This document shows positions 11,019-24,227 of a stretch of 64,000 nt of DNA, piece by piece; within the stretch, counting starts at the first letter, position 1; every line of letters begins with the position of its first letter. Under the pieces are notes generated by a model. The model was not told where the DNA came from, did not search any database, and saw only the letters and a list, made by a program, of their open reading frames with translations. The position numbers were made by a program, and so were the translations under genes. Origin of the DNA: Amphiscolops sp. MND2022 (Eukaryota); NCBI GenBank assembly GCA_964187785.1, contig OZ076409.1, forward strand, positions 46,936,001 to 47,000,000, read 5' to 3'.

Positions 11019-13549
11019 GGTTTAGAATATCTGCACTTCTAGCAGTTGAATGTAGAAACATTAATACTTGAATAGTGTAGAGTAGAGAAGGAGGCCAAAT
11101 ATTACTTAAAGCATTGACTACGTGTTTCGATACTTATGAACACTCCACCACTTCTTGTCCAGAGATGTCATATTTTGATGAAACCATATAGTCATGCAGT
11201 ACGTTACACATGGTTTCACATATGAATCAAAGATACGTACAGCGTAAAACGGATTTAATCCTTGCGTTATAAGTATACTAGTTTCTTTCCAGAAATTAAC
11301 CACTGAGGTAGAGATAATGGCAGCAGGTGTTTTGAAACTCAAATCTCGCTCAAACCATAGGCCCAGTATTATACTTCTCTCAACAAAGTCATAGTCGGTT
11401 TGAAATACTTCTTTTGAGAAATTTATATGTTCAGTTTTGTCTTTATTCAACAACTGCCTCCATTTGTATGTATAGTTTTCCGCCTTTTCTAAAGGTATGC
11501 TTAAGTTTTCTTTGCTTGAAAGAGAAGTACTGTCATCGCATTCTTATATGTTAAGTCCGCATCTTGGAGGAAGCCCTTCATATAAAATATAAACAAAAGT
11601 GGTGACAGCCCCCTGAGGTAAACCATTAAGAGGGACAAACGACATGTCGATAAAATCATTGACTTGGATACTGACTTTCCGATTCGGTAAAAAAGATTTT
11701 ATAGTAGCTAACAGTGGACCATTTAAACCACGGTTTGTTAGTTTGCTTAGCAATAAAGTTTGATCTACGGAATCAAAAGTTTTCTCTAGATCATATACTG
11801 TTGCTTTTGGTAAAATTTTCATTGCTAACACATCATGATATAAATTGTATATGTAGTGCAAAGTTGACTTGCCTGGCTGAAAACCAAATTGTTGCTCATC
11901 AATATCGAGGACATCTGATGATCTTAGTCTTCTATCTATCATTCGTTCAACTACTTTTCCTAAATGGGATGTAAGTGAAATAGGTCTCCATGAAGATGGA
12001 TTAGAATAATCAGTTTTGCCAGACTTTTTCAAGAATTTGACAATGGTTTTATCAAATGGCCAAGTTCCCATCAAGAAAGCACTGTTTATCAAGTGCAAAC
12101 ATATGCTAATGGTGTTAAATTTGAATTTCTTTAATAGTTTAGGATGAAGGCCATAAGGATCCACGCCCTTGTTGTTTGTCTTCGTTTTTTTATGGCTTGT
12201 TTAAGTTCATTCATTGTAATACGCATGTTTAGATCATTCTTGACCTCCTCCTTGTAATAATCCCCAACGGTGTGAGCCAACTTCTCTTTCACTTCTACTT
12301 TTGTTTTTTCATAAAAAGCGTTGTCAAAGAGTTTACCAGTAAGTTGTGCACCATCGAAGAAAATACGTTGAAAAAGCGCAGTTTTATGGCAATCCTTTTC
12401 CAGTGTCTTACCCTTGTGACGAAGTACTCCTATGTTATTTGAGTCCATTGAACCATTGAATTTGCGGATATCATCGAAACTTGTTTTAGAACTTTCCTCA
12501 TTCATTGCCATGATGCCATTTTGCGTCCAACGGGTAATATTCTTTTTCATTTCCTTTTTGAATTCGATTTTAGCCATTTCAACAATGTTCTTGTTTTTCG
12601 GGTTACATTGGAGTCTATATTTTTTGCGTGCATCTTTCAATTTTTTCGATAAGTGAGTCATTTTATTGCTCCAGTATGCTTTGGAATATTTACAAAGTGT
12701 TTTCCGTGGAATCGAATTTTCACAAACTCCTCTCATTAGGCGCATAAATATTAGGAGAGCTTTCGTAGGTGCTTCCGTTATCATGCTATCCATGTTTTCC
12801 ACCATAATATTTTCCAGTTGTATACTTATTTCTTCCCAATTTGCCATTTTGTAGTTTCGCACACATCGTTTAAGATTATTATATTTCACAGGAATAACTA
12901 TATCAAGTAGAACAGGCCAATGACCTTGCTCTGGAGCACCAGAGAAGAATTCGATATTTTCGATCACTCATGCATTGCATACCAGATCAGAGCACTTTCG
13001 TTCAGTGATGCAAAAATCTATCATGCTGCTACCTTTCTTGCTTGCTGAGACAAAAGTGGGCTGGTGAGGGCTTATTATAGAAGGACTATTGTCGGCACAG
13101 TAGTCGGCGAGTAATTTATCATATTTATTTTCTAATTTATCGCCCCATAGTGGATGCCTCCAATTCCAATACCCGAAAATTATTGGTCCGGTTATATTTT
13201 CATTTTTGCATAACGTATACACTTCAGTCAGAATATCTGTGGCGCTTTCGATGTTTTCAGTGTTTCCTAATGGTACGTATCTTGATCCCAGCAAAAATTT
13301 TCCTCTTTCAATAGAAATTGCTGCAAAACAGCAATCAACGCCTTCCCTGGGTGTTATTTTCACTTCATAGGAATTCAATTACTTGTGTAAGAGCAAAGAG
13401 CAACCAAGTTTGTTTGAATGGGCGCGGTAGATACCAAAACCTTGAAATTTTACATGACTTTCAGAGATCGTAAAAACTTTTATGTTGTTGTCGTTTATAT
13501 ATTTATCCATAGCAATACACGCGTGAGCGGAGAGATCTGCTTTTCTGAT

Positions 13550-16200
13550 ATCCCATTTGCGGGAGGGTGCTCAACTTATAAATAGTACAAAGAGAGCATT
13601 GAGAGTTGGATAAAGTTAAGTTAGGATTTAATGATGAGAGCTATATGATTCCTTTTGACTTCGTTGAATGTGAGATGTAGTCGACAACGGTATTGCAGTC
13701 TCCAGGGTCTAGGAGATTCAATGAGTCAATGTCTTCAGGTCTGATGTCTTGGTATAGACCACATGCCGGGAAGAAATGTTCTGCAGTCTCCTCACTCTTG
13801 CCACAATGACACATCGGAGATTCCGCCTGCCAATTTTCCCAAGCGTAATCGGCTAAAGCGAAAGAATTGTCGATCAGCATTTCACATATTTTGATGGCTT
13901 CATACCTTTGGAGATTGAAAAGGGGTGACAGAAATGACTTGTCACTACTTTTCCACCTGAGATTCCAAAGATGGTTAATGAAAAGACTGACATCTTTTTG
14001 TTTAGGATACGGGACAATTTGCCGAAAGACAATTTGCTGAAAATTGACTCAGGGACAATTTGCCGAACACTTTTCGGCAATTTGTCCTTCACGTTCGGCA
14101 AATTGGGTTTCGGCAAATTGTTTTTCGGCTAATTGCCCTAACCCCTCTTTTCTGTTGTTATTTGAAAACGCTAGGTATTCGGCAAATTGTCCCTACATAA
14201 TTCGGCAAATTGGGACAGTTTGCCCAAAAAAACGGCAAATCGTCCTTCACGTTCGACAAAGTGGGTTGTTTCGACAAATTGTCCCTAACACGCTGTTGAA
14301 ATCTCGAACAATTTCGATTTCAAAAAAAATTTCCGAATCAAGTAACATGACTCTCGAGGAGGTTAGCAACACTGTCCAGGAAAGATAAAGATGCATCATG
14401 TGTCCAATGTAGTAAATCGTCTTCTAGTTTGAGCTTCAAGAGAAATTTGACGTTGATGGCTGTACTCAGAAGATCAAGAGGCGGCGTTCCTAGCAGAACT
14501 TGACATGAGTCGATTTCGGCGAAAATCCGTGTCTAAAAACTGTCCTTATGAAATTGTTCTGTACTGCTGTGACGTATTTGAGGACTTTCTCAATCCAAAT
14601 TGGTGCTACATAAAAAAAGTGAGGGTAAGATGGTGGTTTTGTACAACAGAACTAGCGTTGAAACTGCAAGGCTCCACTTTCTATTGCATAACGACTTGAG
14701 TAAACTCCAATTTCGCTTCGCTCTCTCGGGTGTGTTAGTAGAATGATCCCATTAGTTGAGCTTGCTATCGATAATCACTCCGAGAAACTTTGTTGATTTT
14801 TTAACTTGACAAACATCATCATTGAGAGACGGGAGTTCGAAGTCATTCTCTTCGCAATTGAAAAGGATTAATTCATTTATTCCTCCGTTCACTAACATCC
14901 TCCAATCTACACACCACTTCTCGATGTCAGAACAAGTTTTCCGAAAGATGGCAGAAAATTTTGCCAGGAACATGGCCAGTGACAATGAGAGAACTATCGT
15001 CTGCAAACTTGAATTTTTGTGTTTGATTACTGAGGAAGTCGTTTAGGAAGACGATGAAGAGCAATGGCGACAACACACTTCCCTCTGGAACGCCAATGTC
15101 AATCTGGAACTTCGCCTATTGGTTTCCATCCAGTTCGACTCTGGTTTTTAATACCCATTCTATTAACTGATACATTTTGCCAGAAATTTTGTGTTCCAAC
15201 AGTTCAAAAAGAAAACCGTCCACCAACACGCTATCAAAATTTTTTCGAGGTCAATGTTAAGCAGAGCCATCGGCAAACATGAACGGTTGGCATTTTCGAG
15301 CATGAGATGTAGTCTGTAGAGCAATAGAGTTGTGTTTTTTTTGATCTGGAACCCTCTTGTTCCTCCCCAAGCAGTCCATTCACATCGAGATGTAATTTGA
15401 TTCTAGTTGCAAGTTTTCATTCCAGCGTTTTGCCGATTTGACTGAAGATTGAGAAAGGTCGATATGAAGAGCATTCATCAAATCTCTCTTTGTTGGGTTT
15501 GCGTATGAATTTGACTCGTGACTCCGTCCATGGCCACACATGATATTCCCAGCAAGCAATCAAAATAGTCAGCAGAAAAAGGCGTGCTTTAGTGCCCAAA
15601 TTCTTTATCTTTGTCACTTGGATTTCATCAATATCAAAAGATTTAGTGTTGCTTGATTTCAAACTGTGTTGTATCGTTGAAAATTTGTTTTTTTCAAATG
15701 TTCTCCTCCGAAGAACGTGGTTTCAATTTCTTTGCTAATTTCCTCTGGAGCATATAAGAGCCTCCCTTCCTTACTGCGTATTAGACCAAATTGTTCTTGT
15801 TTAGTGTTGAGTAAGGGCTTGTAAGAAGTCCAAAACTCTCTTCTTTTTTAATGCCCAAGCGATGACAGATAGTTTTCCATGCCTTTAGTTACACTTTTGT
15901 TGAGTAGAATTTTGAAACGTTCCTTCGCTGACTTTAGCTTCCGTCCGTTTTCAAAATTTGATTTTTACTTGAACTTTTTGTGTTAAAATTGCAGTTCAAT
16001 GCTTGCGACTGTCAAGTCTGAGTTCCAAAACGGTTTGCTATATTTTGAAACACATTTGAGGGACATATGTGACAACGTATGTGACAAAAAGAAGCTTCGT
16101 GTAGCAGATTCTTGAACTAGTTCCAAAGAAAAACAGGGCCGTCTTCAACAACCATGAGATCATCTATTCGGCCCTCAAAGAAAGAAGTCCATACATTTCC
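13550..16200 (-). mobile_element. Decayed APE-type LINE (RT plus C-terminal CCHC)
   Basis: SSYRPFSIFSQIGKTLE, KFLGVIIDSKLN, CHCGKSEETAEHFFPAC; many stops and frameshifts. Confidence 0.75.
14005..14291. mobile_element. Foldback MITE built from gacaatttgccgaa repeats
   Basis: Inverted arrays gggacaatttgccgaa / ttcggcaaattgtccc; TSD not clear. Confidence 0.65.
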
Positions 16201-16779
16201 AGTTTCTCCGTGGCGTTTGATAGTGTTGACCGCGAGTCATTGTTCACTACCCTTAAAAACCAAGGAATGCAAATGGAGGCAGTGTCACACTTGAAAGCCA
16301 TGTTCACTAACACCAAATCACAGACACAAACCAACAGTATGGAAGAAAGATAATTGGAAACAGTCCTGGGTTACACCTATTCATAAATCTGCTTCACAGC
16401 ATCAAGTTGACCGTTGACCACTACCGAACTATTAGCATCCTCCATATTTTGTCGCTTGTCTTCGAGCGAAACATTTTCGCGAATTTATACGATAAGATCC
16501 GAAATCTCATATCACAATAGCAGCACAAGACAAGGTTTCGTTCGAAATAGAAGTACAGTGACGCAACTTCTCGAATATGACGATCTGTAGTAGCCTGGAT
16601 AGAGAAGTCGCCTACCTGAAGAAATCTTAAAGGACTTCGCGCGAGCAGGTGCAATCAAGCCGGCGGCACTCGTATACTAAGGGTTGACCTCGTTTGTCGA
16701 TCGGAGGGCAGAAGGCTTTCCGAAGCACTCGTTCACTCGTTTCTTCAAGATGAAACGACTTCCACTGATTGCCCTTGGC

Positions 16780-17210
16780 TCTAGCTGGATGTCGTTTGCG
16801 GTAGTGTGCTTTTTGACGCAATAGATGCTTCACGATAAGCCGTTATAAAGCCACCGGAGATCATTGTTGCCTTCTAGAGGTCAATTTAAAGCGTTGGCTC
16901 GGTCACAATTGTTTGAGCGGCGAGGAACCGCGAGAACCAAGACTCTAAGTGCAACTTCAGAGGCTGCTACGGCAAGGTCGGATATATTCCTGGCAACAGT
17001 TTGAGTGTTGCCGGTTGGTAAGTCGTCGCCTCCCATTAAGAGCGCGGTCAGGTCGTACCGACATTTCAGAGGTAAGAATGGTCTTACGTCTCCAACATGT
17101 GCACCTGGTAGGACGAGAATATTGAAATTAAGGAACGTAAGATTCCTTCCTTGTGAAACAGTGATTTTTAGGTTACCAGTGGGCGAGGTCTTGAAGAGGT
17201 GATAACGCAT
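16780..17210 (-). pseudogene. SGNH esterase-like ORF remnant, probably TE-derived (duplicate at ~26136-26566)
   Basis: ITVSQGRNL (block I-like), PGA (block II), MGGDDL (block III-like), distal DIQL after stops. Confidence 0.55.
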
Positions 17211-17595
17211 GAGGAATTATCAAAAAGAATTGTCGTGGGGGAAAAACTACTTGCAGGAAGTTTTTTTGATAAGCATTCGTCTGAAGCATACACACAACAA
17301 TTAGGCTAACATAAACAACAAAACATTATATACTTGTATTATTCACCTCATACATTTTACATTCATAACAATCGGCACTGCCAGAAACGTTTCAAGGAAC
17401 GAGCGCAGGTGTTGCGATCGAAATTACAAAGCTGAAACAGTTCAAAATGTCCCACTGCTTAGCGGGCGCTTTCTTTCAATTGTTCTTGACTTTCCGTTTA
17501 TTGGTTTGAAATTCAAACTGGAAAGCCAGTCTTCGAATCCGAGAAAGCATACCTCTACATTAGTGGCTCGCAAAGATTAAACGAAACAGTTAACA

Positions 17596-20400
17596 ATGAT
17601 TGAACGCATTTTTCACACCATGACAGTAAACATAAACGGACTCTCACATCGCTCAACAGAGGCCCTTTACCATTTCATGAATGACAACGACATCCAAAAC
17701 TTGGGCGTAACGGAAACAAAAAGAGAAACCAGTAACTGCTCCGACTTCCCCAGATACAAAGTCATACATAAAAACCACTCCGAGAATTCATCGCAATCAG
17801 GTGGAACTCTCCCGTTGATACAAATAAATATGTGTCCCAACCTAATTGAATTCAGGGATCAAAATAAAAGTTCACTATGGGCTTTTGCAATTTAAACGGT
17901 AGACCTTGAACCATAGAAGAAATCTACTGCCACCCAAACAACAGTCTAGAAATATAGTACACAAACAAAGAAGTACAACAAGCCGGAAACAGCCCAAGTA
18001 GGCACCAAATCTAAGGCTCAAAAAGACTCGAAAACCACTTTTTCTACAACTGGAGACAACAAAAGCTCTCAAAAAACTGAAAATTGAGAAAAAAATTTCG
18101 AATTTTTTTGAATTTTTTTTTCGAAGTTTCCGGTAAGTCGCATAGTGCCGAGAAATGTAAAAGGGGGGCCGCTTTTTATCTCAGTTAGACGCTTTGGATG
18201 CGTTGAAAATGAAATTCTATGTACATAAGGTAAAAAATGGTAAATGTGCATTAATTGCCTTAATGCACAAAAAGTGGACGTTACGCGTTGAACTGACGAA
18301 AAAAAACTAGCCACTGTAAGAGTCGGGATTTTCTTCGAAAACGCCGACTAACAAGGCATCATCTATTCGGGGGATATGGTCATCCCCAATTTCATGTTAC
18401 TCGATGACTTTAATGCTAGGCATTCGACATGCGGAGACAAATCTAACTCGCAGGGTGAAACTTTGTCGATTTTTCTGGAGGAGCAACACCTATACACTTT
18501 AAACTATGTTGAGCCCACTTTCACGTGTATTGGTGAGGGTCGAAGTTCAATTGATTTCATCATACGCAATGAAAACCTGAAGAAGCAGAACATAGTCTTA
18601 TGTATCGACGTTTCCTTGAGATGTTCATCGGCGCACAGAACAAATGGCACTACCCAGTCATCGCGTCGTTGATTTGAACACAAAAGAAAAAATTAAAATC
18701 ACAGAAAAAAAACAAAAACAAAACAGACTGGACACTTTGGCGTGAAACCTTGGAAGATAAACTCGAGAAAACATGGAACGAAGTGAACAAACCAAAACCG
18801 GGAAACATCTCTGGGATTCAACACTAAGATGTGTTCAACAGGCGTCGAATGAAACTATTTCAACTAAACAAGTCGACAAGCATTCTGACCCATACTTCAC
18901 GGATGAGCTCAAATCTTTATCGACAGAGGCCAGGATACGTGAGGCCTGGAAACGTTTAAAGAAACGCTCGGACCCCATTAACTCACTGTTTACGAAAAAC
19001 AAAACTTGGCCCTTCAATATGCACTTTTGAAAACCAAATTTTTCCACTTCCAGGAAAGTGTTGAAACGGTAAATAAAAGCACAGGAATAGACTTCTGGGA
19101 AACCAAAAAACATTTTGCACCGAACGGAGGCACGAGAACAATGGGATGTCTTGCATCCAATGATAAAATCTTTAAGGATGAGGCAAGTAAACTCGAATAC
19201 CTCTTCGATGTGTTTTTTCGGGATATCATCTGGATAGCTCACATTTTGATGAGCACTGACAAAAAGCAGCCGAAAACGAACAAAGATGCCCATTTACTCC
19301 TCAAAGTTAGGACACTTTAAATGAGCTGATCACCGCAACGAGTTTGGAATCAGCGCTCAAGATGATCCAAACTTCAGCATAGTCTGAGGATACAGACTGT
19401 CTACAATCACTCATGATCAAACATGCCGGAGGACGATTCAAATATACGTGCCTAAAGCTTTTCAACATTTGTTTCACAGCAGGTGAGTACATTTGAAAGA
19501 AAGTTAAAGTAATCTTTTTGAGAAAGACAAACGAAAAGATTATCATTTGGCAGGAAGCTTCAGGCAAATAACCTCAAATTTCTGGAATGGCAAACTCTTC
19601 GACCGGATACTAGAACATAGGCTCAGCCAACATCTAGAAAAGTTAGACTAATTGATGTCAGCCAGGAAAACTTCCGCAAAAAGGTTTTGGACGATACAAT
19701 TATCAATTGATTGACCACATACAAAATGTGAAGGATAAAAACGAAACAGCGGCAGCTTTATTCGTCGATCTGGAAAAGGCGTTTGCTTCAATCTGGATGG
19801 ACAGCATGCTTTTCAAGTTACGGAAAGCTGGGATCAGAGGTACCTTGTACAACGTCATTGACAATCTCCTACAAAATCGCTACGTAACAATAAGACTTGG
19901 CACAAAAGATTCAGACCCATTGAAACCGACAGTGGACTTACTACCAGGAAGCATTCTTTCACCAATCCTATTCATACTCTACATTGCAAAAATCTTTGAT
20001 GGACACCATAGAAAAATTTTCAAATATGCAGACGATGCTACATCTGTAGCAAAAAGCACAACTATCGAACAGGCTGTTGGAGAGCTCTGAAAATACTGTG
20101 AAGCCATTACACAGTAGCTAAGGAAATTGCGCTTCAAGATTTCAGGCTTGAAAACGGAGGCAGTCGTTTTCAAACAAGGTGAGATTTTAACACCGAGCCT
20201 CAAAGTGAGCATCCAGGGCCTTCAGATAAAGTATGCCGCACATTCAACGGCACGAATCACAATCGACAAAAAACTAACATTCAAAACTCAGTTTGAAAAA
20301 TCCACGGAAAAAGCAAATCCACGATGCAATCCACATTCTTATTGAGCTCCTAATCCAAAATCCATATGTCACCTCGTTTTCTAGTTCCAAACTTATAAAG
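17596..20400 (+). mobile_element. Decayed APE-RT LINE
   Basis: TVNINGL..VTETK, DFNARH, SSIDF, FVDLEKAF, LPGSILSPILFILYI, KYADD. Confidence 0.8.
17977..18351 (-). mobile_element. HINE-like element inserted in the LINE endonuclease region
   Basis: aacaagccgg..aagtaggcacc and agtcggga..acgccgactaa ends. Confidence 0.7.
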
Positions 20401-20683
20401 ATGTTAGTCATCCTTGTATGGACTCATCTTAGTCAATAATGGGCGAACCAAATATGGTACCGAGGAGACAAGCCATGGTATGGTACGAAATGTTATCATC
20501 GTCTTGCTGCACAGTGTTGAGTCACAATTTAGCTTAGATTGAAGCCTTCGGAAAATATAGTTCAATAGATATCGAAATTTTTTTTTCGCAAGCAAAATTC
20601 GTTCACAAGTACAGCAGGGCAAATGAACCATGCGCCGCAGCCCTGCAAAACTCTGATAGCAGGATAATTAATATCATTCACGC

Positions 20684-21179
20684 GGGTGGCTGTAAATAGG
20701 TCGAATTTTTCTAGTCGAAAGTACAGAGGTCGAACCTTTTGATCGAATTGCAGGGATCGAATGGAATGCGGTCGAATTAGATCGAAGCCTTCGGGTCGAA
20801 AACGTTCTTCGTTTGCCTTAAGTCAATTGACTATAATAATGTGGGGCATATGCTGTGTATGCACGCTCGCCCTCACCGCCGCAAAGACCAGCTCCCACTA
20901 CGATCGCTTCGCGATCTCCGTGGTCTTTGCTCCTGTTCGACCTCGCTTAGCAAGATGGAAACATAAGCGGCCTTCAAGGGGCCGCGGGGCACTAGAGGAA
21001 ATGGGGACAAATACGAGACAGGTTTTATACTTTTCTAGAAAATTCTATCTGCGGCAATTCGATTTGTATCCCAAAAATCAAAATTTCGATACGAGTTGTT
21101 TCGATCCCATTCAAAAATTTGGCATGTCAACCCGAGGACTAACTCTTTGACCGTTCCTTTGACCTATTTCCGCCCACAC
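20684..21179 (+). mobile_element. MITE-A variant carrying the shared core
   Basis: Same TIRs as MITE A; 9-bp TSD cattcacgc. Confidence 0.85.
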
Positions 21180-21560
21180 CATTCACGCGAGTCATCAAAG
21201 CGAACTCCGCGTTACGGGACTTGATCAAGGAGCTCAATACACCAAACACGTATGCTCAGTCTTCAGAAAAAAAGGTATTAAACCAGTTTGTAGAGAACCA
21301 GTTTGTAGAATTTTTTCTTCATATTGGACCGTGGAATCATTTTTACGACCAGGTTGTAGAAAAACCGACCAGTTTGTAGGAAAACAGTTTGTAGCCTAAT
21401 TGTTGTGATGGGCTTGTTGAATAGCTTCAGAGATTGCAATGATTTGAATTTGAGACAACTGGACACCATCTCTGATGCTGTTTTGTTGGTTTGTCGCGGC
21501 ACTTGGGCTTAAAGAACAGTCACAACCCGGTGAAATAGTTTCATTTTTATTTCATTTTAA

Positions 21561-24214
21561 ATTCGGATTGCTTCACTGTTGTGATTGTTTTTGTGGGGAG
21601 ATTGGCACTCACAAAATGAGATATTCTTGCAATTGCTTAGGTTTCGAGGTTGAGTTGTGATGAAAAACAACGTAATCTGCAACGCTCCGAAGTGTCTGAA
21701 GCCCTCAGGGTTGATACACTGGATAAATTTTAGGCTTTGCAACGGATGGGTTCACATAAAATGCGCCAATTTATCAAGAACGGAAGCCCGGAGTCTTCCC
21801 GAATTTAAATGTAGTAGGTGCTCTTTGGTGAACACAATCCCTCAGTGACAGGATGATAACTTTAGACCATACACCCTTTTTAATTCAGGCGTTGTTCACT
21901 TGAAAAGAGTTCCTAAAAATTCACGGATCCCCTAGCTGAAAACTTGATACCCAAAATTTTTGATATTTATGAAACCCCGTCAAATATTACCTTGTGGTGC
22001 TTATTGCTCTCCTTTCGAAGCTGTTTTTTGAAAAAATCACCTCGAGGAGGTAAATGTCAAAGGTCATCACTCAGTAAAATTATCAACAAGCAAATTGGGG
22101 ATAGTGTCATTGAGAAAAAACTGAAACGCGACAGAAAAGCGAGTTAGATCGACGACTGCGTTCCATTTGCACTAAGTTAGACGAAGGTAATGTCAAGGCA
22201 GGAATCAGAATTGCAGCAGGTGACGACAAGATTGTAGATTTCACGGTCGACAACTACGTAGCCCTCAAGCTGGAACATCTGCAGAGGGAAACTTGCTCTG
22301 TTCCGGACCCCACAGATATCGATTGTTTTTCAACCTCGGAGTTTTTGTCCGCAAGGCTCTCATGTCCTTCCCCAACGGTTCTAGTGCAGGGTTGGATGGC
22401 ATTTCGCTCAAAGTTTGACAGATTTGACTGCCAAGTCGGACGGGCTAACGACTGGATTTTCTCAGAGCCCTAACAAATCTTGTGATTGTGATTCTCGAAG
22501 GAAAAGTACCTTTCGAACTTCGGCCGTGCTTCTTTGGCCTGAAACTAATTGTGCTAAAAAAGCCCAATATAGGACTTCGTCCTATCGCTGTGGGCAATAC
22601 TTCCCGCCGGTTGTCCGCAAAATATGCCGGATACCATGTCTTCGAATCACATCAAGCAAGATACGGAAATCGACAAGTAGATGTAGGCACCAAAGTGCCG
22701 CTGAATTGGCCTCACATGTTTTCCGTTGTTTGATAGAAAGCCCTCAGCCCAAAAAAACGTATTTTTGAAAATTGACTGTGAAAACGTTTTCATTTCGATA
22801 AACCGGCAATTGATGCTAGAGAAAGTTTTTGAAATACACCCTGAAGTTTGTAAGCATTCACACTCGGCGTACAGTCAGCCAAGTTTTCTTTTTTACGGTG
22901 ATTCAGTAATTAAATCTTGTGAAAGAACCCAGCAAGGAGATCCTGAGTCTCAAGCTTTGTTTTCGGATTCCATTCAGGATCTGATTGACAGTTTGGAGTC
23001 GAAAATAAACTTATGGTACCTTGACGATGGAAATTTAAGTGATGATTACCGAGCCGTTTTGAAAGATCTCAAAAAAATTGTGGGAGCGGAAAGAACGCTG
23101 GGATTCAAAATTAAACCCATGAAATGTGAATTTATTCCCCGTTGACATCACTGAAAAACGACGGCCGACAATTTTAGCATCTTCCCAAAAACTTTGCCCC
23201 GGGGTCAAAACACCAAAGAAAGATGAACTTATCATTCTTGGTTCACCGCTCGGCCCAAAATCACAAGCAGATATATTGGAAAAGAAAATTAATGAACTGG
23301 AAAAAGTTAACGGGATTGTTGAAAAACTAGATGCGCACTAAAGTTTTTTTATGTTGAAAAATTGCTTCAGTTTGACAAAGTTGTTGTACTTCCTGAGAAC
23401 CAGCACATGTTTTAATCATCCAGCTCTTTTTGAGATATATGACAAAACCGTGCGCGACGGGCTTTTCAAAGTGTATAACGTGAACTTCGACGATATTTCG
23501 AGTACTCAGCTGGCTCTGCCTGATGAAGTGGGTGGTCTTGGGGTTTCATCCGCATCATTATTAGCACTTCCCGGCTTTCTGGCCCCAGTTTTTGGTGCGA
23601 GTGACTTTCTCAAGACGATTTTCTTGGAAACATTCGAAGATGTTTCGTTTACAAAAGCGCTTGAGAAGTGGTTGAGTTTGACGAATGAACAGGAAAGTCC
23701 TCTCGATGGAACTCAGAAAACTTTGACACAACCTATCTACGCCAAAATTGCCCAAGATATGATATCTAGAATGGATGACAAACATTCGAAAGTTTTTAAC
23801 GCTCATCCAGGCGAATTCGGGTCTCAATGGCTGAACGTCGTTCCTTGGAAGAACCTAGGTCTGAAACTTGATGATCAGCAACTTCGAATTTCAATTGGTT
23901 TGCGTCTCGGTGCCAACATCTGCGTTGCGCATACGTGCCACTGTGGTAAAAGAGTTGAACGGGGCTTTCTTGCACCAAGAGTGCTGGTCGCTTCTCACGT
24001 CATGCTACTCTCAATTCTCTCATAAAGCAGACGTTGGGATCTCTCGACTTGCCTTCAATGCTCGAACCACGTGGACTGTACCGTACTGATGGCAAACGCC
24101 CAGACGGTGTTACCATGATTCCTTGAGAAGTGGGTAAACGGTAAACAGCTGATGTGGGATGTTACGGTTGTGGATGCTCTCGCACCCAGTGGCCTGAATC
24201 AAGGCTCTTTATGC
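21561..24214 (+). mobile_element. CRE-clade non-LTR retrotransposon (PHD-RT-CCHC-RLE), decayed and truncated at the duplication junction
   Basis: PHD-like CNAPKC..CNGWVHIKC..KCSRC, LRPIAVG, QQGDP, YLDDG, CHCG, KRPDG..WDVTV. Confidence 0.85.
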
Positions 24215-24227
24215 GGAGTGTACGCCT

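Larger units (their letters stand above)
6330..13545 (-). mobile_element. Decayed APE-RT LINE with C-terminal zinc knuckle, split by several nested insertions
   Basis: APE (YVP..WNWRHPLWG..IDFC..GHWPV), RT (WRPISLTSHLGK, QFGFQPGKST, DLEKTFDSVD, GLPQGAV) and C-terminal CPY..AHFLFSC. The frame rejoins when inserts are removed (..WQREIKQGLMSSNYSGLKVRN..). Confidence 0.8.

Noticed and set aside
6320..11071. Recurrent short ORFs such as MAMPQCCYLAKG and MPYGNASMLLLG as a gene family
   Set aside because: They are chance translations of the non-coding MITE A.
16200..16415. Plus-strand RT-like scrap (AFDSVDRESL)
   Set aside because: Too short and decayed to delimit or classify as an element.
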